DNA of 8,610 bases from Fonticula alba ATCC 38817 (taxonomy: Eukaryota; Protista; Nucleariida): assembly GCA_000388065.2 (NCBI GenBank), contig KB932208.1, one strand, 5' to 3'. Below the pieces are notes generated by a model. The model saw only the letters and a program-made list of their open reading frames with translations, ran no database searches and had not been told where the DNA came from. Made by a program: the position numbers and the translations under genes. Numbering within the stretch: the stretch's first letter is position 1; the number at the start of each line of letters is the position of its first letter. Positions 1 through 8,362 of the stretch are shown here, piece after piece.

Positions 1-1344
1 CCCCCCCCCCCCGCTCGCAGGGCCACCTCCCGCCGGGGGAGAGGCGCACGGATCCCGGGTCCGGGGGGCCGGCATGTGCGGGCGCGACACCGACGGTCCG
101 GCCGTTCCCAGACGACAACCCGGCCCCATTCTTGCGCGGCTGCGCCTCCCCGCCCCCCCCACCCCCGGGGGGGCGGCAAGCATTCTTCCAACTTGGCTGC
201 CAGGTGTGTGCTGCGAAAAAAAAAAAAAAAATAAAAACGCCGCTGCCAGGCGGCGTTTCCCGCTTACCGGCCCGCGCCCGTCCCCCCCACGCGCCCGGGG
301 CCCCGCCCCCCCCACGATCTACCGGGAATTGTCGGGAGCCGTGCGGAATGTGTGACCTCCGCGGCCGGTGGTCACGGCGCCGTATCACGGGGCGCCCACA
401 CGCCCGGTTTCAAAGTGTGACGCGCGCCGGCCAGCGGACGGAGTGTCCCCCCACCCCGATGGACTGGGCGTTGGACCGCGGCGGGGGGGGGGGCCGATAA
501 CCGGGGGGGAGGCCCCGTCCGGCCGAAGTCACTAGTCGGAGCTCTTTCGTTGCGCACGGCCGCCGCGGGCGCGGGCGGGCGAGCGGCCAGCCGGGACCGG
601 CCCCGGATGGCGGTTGCCCGCCGCTCCCCCCCGCCCGGTTCTCCCCCCGGGCATGGGGCTAAGGGTGCGAGCGCGCGCGCGCGCGCGCGGCGGCCGTGCG
701 TGCGCCGGGCCGGCAACGCAATCGGCCGGACCGGTCGCGCCTCGCGCAGGGCCTCCGGCCTCAGCCACGACATCGCCCGGCCCACCTGTCACATCACTCT
801 CGGGCCTCGCCCGGACCGGATGCCGGCCAGCCGGCCGACCAGCCGCTGGCAGGTGGAGCTTTCTAGACCCTGTGGCGCTGGCGCGGCCGGGCCGGGCCCG
901 GTGCCAGGGGCGTCGCCTTTTCCCGGCGCCCGGCCGGGTGCTTGCGTTGCCTGACTGCCCGGGGCGGGGCTGCGGCTCCGTTGCCGCGGCGCACGGCCGG
1001 CCGAAAAGTGCCCGCCGCCGGCCGCCGCAGGCTGGCCGCGGTGCCAGCACACGCTCTCCTTCTCCTCCTACCCCCCTCCCCCCCCTCTGCTGCCCCTCGA
1101 CTCGTGCTCCCTCTCCTCCTCTCTGTCTCTCCCCCCCCCCTCCCCTCCCTTGCTAGTGACCCTCCCGCCGCGAGGCCCGCCCCATCGCAAAGGTACCCGC
1201 CCTTGGAGGCACCGGGATCCCCTCGCCCCTCGCCCCTCGCCCCTTCCCGCCGCCGCCGCCGCCGCCTCCCAGCTGCCTAGTGCTCACATCTGCCTCTCCC
1301 GTTGTCTCTCGCTCCCGGAACCTCGGGCTCACGCTCGCCCCCCC

Positions 1345-1724
1345 NNNNNNNNNNNNNNNNNNNNNNNNNNNNNNNNNNNNNNNNNNNNNNNNNNNNNNNN
1401 NNNNNNNNNNNNNNNNNNNNNNNNNNNNNNNNNNNNNNNNNNNNNNNNNNNNNNNNNNNNNNNNNNNNNNNNNNNNNNNNNNNNNNNNNNNNNNNNNNNN
1501 NNNNNNNNNNNNNNNNNNNNNNNNNNNNNNNNNNNNNNNNNNNNNNNNNNNNNNNNNNNNNNNNNNNNNNNNNNNNNNNNNNNNNNNNNNNNNNNNNNNN
1601 NNNNNNNNNNNNNNNNNNNNNNNNNNNNNNNNNNNNNNNNNNNNNNNNNNNNNNNNNNNNNNNNNNNNNNNNNNNNNNNNNNNNNNNNNNNNNNNNNNNN
1701 NNNNNNNNNNNNNNNNNNNNNNNN
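1345..1724. other. Assembly gap (380 N) ending 9 nt upstream of the PSMA3 start codon
   Basis: Run of N from 1345 to 1724; the left flank ends in a C run. ORF-track entries spanning it are artefacts. Confidence 1.
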
Positions 1725-1733
1725 CATCCGAAA

Positions 1734-2996
1734 ATGAGCTCCATCGGCACCGGTGTACGCAATGGCCTGCCGCCCCCCCCTCCTCCCTGGCCCCCGCAGC
1801 CACAGGCACCGAGCCGCACATCCCGCACGGCGCCCACGGCCCCGCCCATCTGACACAATCCTCCCCCACTCCTCCGCTCACCCTTGTCGCGGCCGCAGTA
1901 TGACCTGTCGTGCACGACCTACTCCCCCGACGGCCGCGTCTTCCAGGTCGAGTATGCCACCAAGGCCGTCGAGAATGCCAGGTGCGCCCGGTCTGCCCGC
2001 GCCCCGCTGTCATTTGGTTCCGCCCCGCTCACCTCTCTCCGCCCCCTCGGCCGCCCGTCACGCCTACCCTTCTCCTCTCCAGCACCGTGATCGGCCTGCG
2101 CTGCAAGGACGGCATCATCCTCGGTGTCGAGAAGCTCATTGTCAACAAGCTCGCCTATGCCCCGGCCAACAAGCGCATCTACCATGTTGGCGAGAACATC
2201 GGTGTCGTGCGTCCCATCGCCCCCAGCCTCCTTCCCCTCCCGCGCCCCCGCTGCTTGCCGCTCCTCCTGTCCGCGCGCGCGCCCGGGCCTCTGACATGTC
2301 CTTCTCGGGGGGGGGGTATGCGTGTGCGTGTGGTGAAAGGCCGCCGCCGGCTTGCTCGCCGACGCCCGCGCCCTGGTCTCTCGCTTCCGCGAGGAGTACG
2401 ACCACTTCAAGGAGTTCAACTCGACCGTCATCACCGGGCGCGTCCTTTGCGGCCGCGTGGCTCGCTTTGCCCATGCCTACACCCTGCACTCGAGCGTCCG
2501 GCCCTTCGGCGTCACGGCCCTGCTGGCCTCGCACTCCAAGGAGAACGGCCCGGAGCTCTTCATGATCGAGCCCTCTGGCGTGGCCATGGTACGGCCCTCG
2601 GCCTGTTTTCACAGCCCGGCTCCTCCTCCTCGTCCGCGTCTCCCCTCCCCCGGGCCCCTGATTGCTGACCACCCCCCCATCGGCCTGCCCTCCCCGCTCT
2701 TCCTGGCACCGCGCACGCACCCGCTCCTGCGCTGCTGGCCCCAGCGTTACTTCGCTTGCGCCGCCGGCAAGGGCCGCCAGGCGGCTCGCACCGAGCTGGA
2801 GAAGCTCGACTGGATGCAGCTGACCGCCGTCGAGGCCGTCACCCACGTCATCCGCATGTGCGTCCCCTTTGCGTGGATGCCCCCCCCTCCCCCTGCCCCT
2901 TCGGTCTTTATTTTTCCCCTTTCCCCGCTCCAGCCCTCTGGCCGCGCGCCCACCCTGCCCGCTGACCGGCTTTCTGCGGGCACGCGCCCATCCATC

Positions 2997-3029
<33 letters not shown>

Positions 3030-3341
3030 GCACGCCACCCCTCCCGATGCCAGCCTGCACATTGCCCACGAGAGCAACAAGGAGAAGCCCTTCGACATCG
3101 ATGTGTCTTGGATCTGCGAGCAGGTGCGCCCATCGATCGCCGGGCTGCCGCCTTCCCTTGCCTGCCTGCTCGGCAGCAGCGACACTCACCCCCTTTTGCC
3201 GCCCCCTTTTGCCGCCCCTGCCTGCTGCAGTCCGACTACAAGCATGAGTTTGTCCCGGACCACATCTTCCAGGAGGCTCAGCGCGCCGCCCTCGAGGCCC
3301 TGCAGCCGGAGGACGACTTCGACGACGAGATGGAGGACTAA
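1734..3341 (+). CDS. PSMA3: 20S proteasome subunit alpha type-3 (alpha7; yeast PRE10), 7 exons, 256 aa
   Basis: join(1734..1754,1899..1981,2083..2206,2340..2588,2745..2857,3054..3123,3231..3341) = 771 nt, all introns GT-AG, no internal stop. Protein: MSSIGTG|[27 protein letters not shown]|[18 protein letters not shown]...[10 protein letters not shown]...[13 protein letters not shown]...[14 protein letters not shown]...[10 protein letters not shown]. It carries the proteasome alpha N-terminal signature ([16 protein letters not shown]) and the alpha7-specific MSSIGTGYDLS start and acidic tail. Confidence 0.97.
2997..3025 (+). repeat. (CA)14 microsatellite in PSMA3 intron 5
   Basis: Perfect CA run followed by GCAC variants, inside the intron at 2858..3053. 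Confidence 0.95.
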
Positions 3342-3367
3342 GACATCGCGGCTGTGCACCTCGCCGG

Positions 3368-3411
3368 TCTTCCCTTCCCTCTTCTCTCTTTCTCTCTCTC
3401 TCTCTCTCTCT
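3368..3411 (+). repeat. Pyrimidine tract with (TC)10 in the PSMA3 3' UTR
   Basis: Seen directly, just downstream of the stop codon at 3341. Confidence 0.9.
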
Positions 3412-3722
3412 GCTATTGTGTGCGTGCCGCTCGCGCCAGCCGCGACCGGGTGATTGCCAAGCTCCAGACACAGGGGGCAGGGGGAGGCCGCTGCCACCAT
3501 TGCCGTCGCCCCCGTCACTGCCTTCTCCTCTCCTTGCGCGCCTTCCATCATTTCAGATCCCACTCGCCGCGCTGGCCAACCCTGCCGGCTGGCGCTTTGC
3601 CCTCCTCCCTCCCCCTCCCTCCCCTCCCTCTCGACTGGCACCTGTATACTATTCTCCAGGCCGCCTGCGGCCCACCAGGGCGGGGGGACACATCCCGCTG
3701 GTCCCCCCCTCCCGTCAACTCC

Positions 3723-3735
3723 AATAAGAAAAACC
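3723..3735 (+). terminator. Candidate polyadenylation signal (AATAAG plus A-rich element) for PSMA3
   Basis: AATAAGAAAAACC followed by a U/GU-rich stretch (TTGCTTTGTTTGTCGT), in the main AT-rich island between two convergent genes. Not the canonical AATAAA. Confidence 0.35.
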
Positions 3736-3888
3736 TAACTCCATTTCTCGGTTGCTTTGTTTGTCGTATTGTCAGCGGCCAGGGGCGCGCAGGGTCTATG
3801 GTGGTGCACACACGCCGGAGGAAATGGGCGGCGCAGGAGGCTGGAAGACGCGATGGGCCAGCGTGGCAGGGATAGCAGCGGGAGGGGG

Positions 3889-3964
3889 CTAGAGGATCTT
3901 TCTCGAGGAGAGGAAGGCATTCCCGCGCTGGCCGGATCGGCCCCGGTGGAAGGGAGAGAGGGAG

Positions 3965-4031
<67 letters not shown>

Positions 4032-4625
4032 GAATCGGGAACATGCGTCAGGAGGGGATCGGATGGGGCCGGGATCGGACTGAGTCAGCCCAGAGCAGGG
4101 GAAGAGCGGCAACAGCCAAGCGCCAATGGGACATACCTGGATCAGGGCATCAATGATGCTGGGCTTGGTCTCGCCCTGGTACTTGCGCACTTCCTGCATC
4201 CAACAAACGCATGCAGATGTGAGTCCAAGCTGCGGTGGGGGGGGGGGGGAGCATGAAAGAGAGAGCGAGGGAGAGAGGGAGGGGGGGAGAGGAGGAACAG
4301 GGGATCCCCCGAAAGGGGCCGGCCCGAGCAGATGGATGGCCGGAGAGAGGCGCACCTTGCGGACACTGTTCAGATACCAGTTCTTGTCGCTGAGCTCGAT
4401 GGTGCGCGCATAGCGAACCAGGCTCCGGTAGAGGGATCGAACCTCGGCCGAGCGCGGGTGGCTGGCCAGCTCAGGGCGTCGGACGACCGCATTGGCGCCG
4501 GCGGCCGGCTTCGGAGTCGCGGCCCTGCCCCCGGAGGCGGCGGCCTGCTGGCGGGCGAACTGCAACCGGGCCGCGGCCAGTGGCGACAGGGGCTTGGCCG
4601 ACATCACTACTCGGCTCGGTAGCAT
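3889..4625 (-). CDS. LYR-motif (Complex1_LYR family) protein, AltMIEF1/L0R8F8-like mitoribosome and complex I assembly factor, 3 exons, 121 aa
   Basis: complement(join(3889..3927,4137..4193,4356..4625)), both introns phase 0 and GT-AG. The C-terminal 63 aa (SAEVRSLYRSLVRYARTIELSDKNWYLNSVRK|EVRKYQGETKPSIIDALIQ|RGNAFLSSRKIL*) align without gaps to the recalled human AltMIEF1 ([64 protein letters not shown]). The start could instead be Met8 (ATG at 4604). Confidence 0.82.
3966..4029 (+). repeat. G64 homopolymer (C64 on the sense strand) in LYR gene intron 2
   Basis: Uninterrupted G run seen directly; its true length may be mis-assembled. Confidence 0.9.
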
Positions 4626-5381
4626 GGCGATGTGAGGAGGCGCACCAAGGGGGGGGGGCGGGGTGACTCAGGGCGAATCCAGGAGGAGAGCGGGGTGTCG
4701 GGGGGAGGAGGCGTGTGGGCCGTGTCGCCGGCGGGGGATCGGCAGGGGCTAGGGGGGGGGGGAGAAGCAGCGAGCGAGAGGCGGACAGAGGGAGGGGATG
4801 GATGCGCCGCTCATCGAGCGGCCCCATGCCCGGGGCCCGTCCGGAAAAAGATCCCCCTGGAAGCGTGCCCCGGCGGGCCCGGGGGTGGAATCCCCTGCGA
4901 AGAGCGGCCGGACAAGGGGGGGGGGGCGTGGGGGCGACCCACGCTTCTCCGGTGGCCGCGGGAGATCGGAGCGCCCGGGCATGTGCCAACGAAAGGCCGT
5001 AGGCCTCTGTGCCGCCAGTTTCCCCCTCCTGGCGGCCAGCCCATCGGAGCGGGGGGGGGGCGGGGCGGCTGGAGCCTGATTGGCGGCCGATTCGGGGGCG
5101 CGGGCCGGCACGCACCAGCCGTCCACCAGCTCCACGACCGCGCTCTGTCCCCCCCCCCCCTTCCCCCCCTTTTCGCCCACTCTCCTCGCTCCTTCTACCG
5201 CCGGCCCCGCGGTCTGTTGTTCCGCCTGCTGTGCCCCGAGTGGCAGTCTCACCGGGCCCTCTCCCGTCCTCCCTCCCCGCGCCCCCTCCACCACCCACAC
5301 ACTCCCACACTCCCACACTCCCACACTCCCACACGCACATACTCCCACACGCACACACGCACACACGCACACACGCACGTC
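4626..5381. promoter_or_regulatory. Putative bidirectional promoter between the divergent LYR and MED22-like genes, with an inverted CCAAT box (CTGATTGG, 5076..5083) and an adjacent GC box (5062..5068)
   Basis: Head-to-head start codons flank a 756-bp spacer. The + strand is G-rich to the left of about 5100 and C-rich to the right. The NF-Y-type motif lies at this switch. Confidence 0.5.
5293..5380 (+). repeat. Array of eleven in-register 8-bp units (ACTCCCAC / ACGCACAC variants) ending 1 nt before the MED22-like ATG
   Basis: ACCCACAC, ACTCCCAC x4, ACGCACAT, ACTCCCAC, ACGCACAC x3, ACGCACGT, then C-ATG. Confidence 0.9.
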
Positions 5382-6595
5382 ATGTCCTCCTCCTCCTCCT
5401 CCTCCTACCAGGTCAATACCCAGGCCAATGCCCAGTTGCAGCAGCTGATCACCCACTGTGATCGGCTACGACAGAACATCCGCCGGCTGGTGGAGGCCGC
5501 CGACCCGAAGACCCTTGGCATCGTGCCGGAGGACCTGAACAGGCATGGGAAGGCCGCCGCCGTGGCGGCCACCATCGCCTCCGGCGTGGACCATGTTGGC
5601 ATCGAAAACGCCTGCTCCAAGGCCCACATCTCCGTCAGCAACATCGTGCGCTGCTGTCCCGGGCTGCCGCCCGGGTCTCCCCCGCTGCTGGCCGGCTGGA
5701 GGCCCCTCCCCACTGACCGCTGATCCTCACCTCCTGGTCCCCCCCCCCCCCCCCCCCCCCCTCTCCCGGGCGCCTCGCCGGGTTGCAGATTCTGTCCATC
5801 CAGGTTCTGCTGGACCTGGTGTACAAGCTGAAGCGCGCCACCCTGTCGCACAGTTTCAATGATGAGGGGGCCGTGGCGTCCCTCATCCACCGGCGTCGGG
5901 TGGCCTCGGACACGTCGGTCACCCTGCAGCGGCAGCTGTCCTCCATCAGCGACTCGGTGCGCTTCCTCAGCTCGCGCATGCATGAGCTCCACATGCTGGC
6001 GGCCGATGTCTGTGACCCGGGCCCGGCGGTGCCGGATGCCCGGCTGGAGGCCATCTCCCGGCTTCTGCACCTGCGGCCCGGGGAAGAGCGCCCCGGGCCG
6101 CACCCCTCCCCGGCGCCCCCCTCCACCTGCATAACCTCGACGGCGACGGCGACCGCCTCGCCGGAGGACGAGCCTGTGGACCTGACCGGCGATGGGTCGC
6201 CGGCCGGGCCGGCTTCCCTGGGCACCTTGGCCGGCGGCTCGCTGGCCACCACGCCACTGGCCATGTCGGAGGGGGAGCCCGAGGAGCCGGGCACCGGCCC
6301 CGAGCCGGCCGGCAGCCGCGACGCGCTGGCCCCGACTTCGGCCCCGGCGTCCGCCCCGGCATCGGGGCCTGTCTCGCCGTCGGGGGGGGCCTCACCGGTC
6401 CAGGGCAACCCCCCTCCGGTGGGTGGGGAAACCCCGACCCCCGGCGCCGGGGCCAGCTCCAGTCCTGCGGCACCCCCCTCGGGCCCGCCCGCGTCAGATG
6501 TCCCGATGGGCGTGGCGCCCGGCGATGGGGATGACTCGGAGTTCGAGGATGCCGGGCCCGGCGATGCCGCCCCGATGACCATCGAGTATGAATAG
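5382..6595 (+). CDS. MED22: Mediator head subunit MED22 (Srb6/SURF5)-like protein with a long low-complexity C-terminal tail, 2 exons, 356 aa
   Basis: join(5382..5645,5789..6595); intron GTGCGC...TTGCAG, phase 0. The spliced core AHISVSNI|ILSIQVLLDLVYKLKRATLSHSF matches the recalled MED22 pattern (human [31 protein letters not shown]). The preceding helix (CDRLRQNIRRLVEAA) and the following coiled-coil also fit. Codons are strongly C/G-ending. Identity is low, so the name is tentative. Confidence 0.65.
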
Positions 6596-6900
6596 CCCCC
6601 TGCTGCTGGGGACCCGCTCGCCCGCCCGCCCGCCCGCGGCACTGGGAACAATACACGCCGACCCTCGAGGTAGAGCAGCGCCTCGGAAAGGGCACGACAA
6701 AGAAAGCGTCCATGCTCCCGTCCTCCCCGCTCCGCCCGCCCGCTTGAGCTCGGCCCTGTGAGGGGCAGCTCCCGTGCTCCCCCTTCCGCGGCTGCCCGGC
6801 CGCCTGCTGGCGGCCACAGCTGGGCGTGCCCTTCTTGCCGATCCCTCGCAAGAGTGAGCACAGAGGGAGGAGCACCTACGGGGAGCCGGGGGGGGGGGGC

Positions 6901-6969
6901 GCACACATGGGCATGCATGCGCATGCGCGTGCCTGCCTGCGTGGCGTGTGCGTGTGTGTGTGTGTGTGT
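6901..6969 (+). repeat. Largely alternating purine-pyrimidine tract (GCAT/GC/GT repeats, (GT)9) between two convergent stop codons
   Basis: GCACACATGGGCATGCATGCGCATGCGCGTGC...GTGTGTGTGTGTGTGTGT seen directly. Confidence 0.8.
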
Positions 6970-6974
6970 ATTAT

Positions 6975-7578
<604 letters not shown>

Positions 7579-8362
7579 GGGAGCAATCGGCACCAGGGCA
7601 GCAGTTGATGGGCGAGCACCGGCCGGGAGCCGGGAAAGGCAACGGATCGGACCGAGGAAGGACAACACCCGAGCAGGTGTCACCATAACCAGCGCAGGGG
7701 GGCGGCCCTGAGACAAGGGGGAGGGGGGGGGGGGCAAGGCAGGCGGGGCGCGAGCGGGGGACCAGCGATGGGCAGGGGCGGGGGTGAATATGGCCGGCGA
7801 CCAGGCGCACACGGCCGGCAGGCTGCCATCCTTTGCGCCTGGCCGGCGGATCCCGGCGCCCCCGCCCGGCCGGCGGCCCACCCTCTGGCGCCCGCCCGCC
7901 CGCCCGCCCGAGCGTGCGCGTATGCAGCCCTGGCGGGCGGCAAGCCACGGTCGCCGGCCGGCAGCTGTTGTGGGCTCGGCTGGACCGACTGCCAACGCAC
8001 GGGCGAGACTCGATTGCCCGCGCCGTGCGGCGAGCAGGCGGCGCCGGCGGCCGGGCGAGGGCCCGGCGCCGGGTGGACCGCGGCACATGCCCAAAGGGTC
8101 GGACGCGGGCTGCGCCCTCCCCTCTCGATCGGGGGAGATCGCCTCGAGACGGGAAGCGGCTGAAGCGCCGGCGCGTTGCGGACGGCCATGCCGCCGGACA
8201 ACTTGCAACCCCATCCCGGCCCCTCTCTCGCCCATCCGCTGTCTCCCTTCGCCCGGGCTTCCCCGTTTGTGCTTGCGTGTTTTTTTTTCCCCCCGCCCGC
8301 CCTGCCGCTCCTCGCTGCCTGGCCTGCCTCATCCCGGCCTCCCTCCGCCGGGCATCACCCCC
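7579..8362. promoter_or_regulatory. Putative bidirectional promoter between the DUF5522-like gene and the downstream + strand gene
   Basis: Divergent ATGs flank a 784-bp spacer; G-rich on the left and C-rich on the right, as in 4626..5381. No clear core motif. Confidence 0.35.

Noticed and set aside
235-258. Hairpin plus U tract read as a bacterial Rho-independent terminator (contamination or HGT)
   Set aside because: The surrounding DNA is clearly eukaryotic, with no bacterial-type gene upstream on that strand. The structure is kept only as an unexplained finding.
372-1156. Overlapping ORFs of 130-180 aa on both strands (372..785, 532..1050, 550..954, 614..1156)
   Set aside because: Arg/Pro/Ala-rich, no recognisable motif, translate through (GC)n and C runs, and lack the consistent codon bias of the real genes. 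A small spliced gene cannot be fully excluded.
1150-2013. ORFs spanning the N gap
   Set aside because: They are open only because N codons contain no stops.
3190-3217. 13-bp tandem duplication (CCCCTTTTGCCGC x2) in PSMA3 intron 6; similar 14-bp direct repeat at 7379..7410
   Set aside because: Short local slippage duplications in introns with no spacer-repeat architecture; not CRISPR-like or mobile-element-like.
2352-3341. 329-aa unspliced ORF suggesting an enlarged proteasome subunit with His/Thr repeats
   Set aside because: Read-through of introns 4-6. Splicing at GT-AG sites gives a normal-length alpha7.
3735-4625. 296-aa ORF with a poly-proline tract
   Set aside because: The poly-Pro is the translated C64 intron run; the spliced product is the 121-aa LYR protein.
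6918-6929. TGCGCATGCGCG, matching the NRF1 palindromic consensus
   Set aside because: It lies between two stop codons within an alternating purine-pyrimidine repeat tract, not in a promoter, and is best explained as simple-sequence noise.
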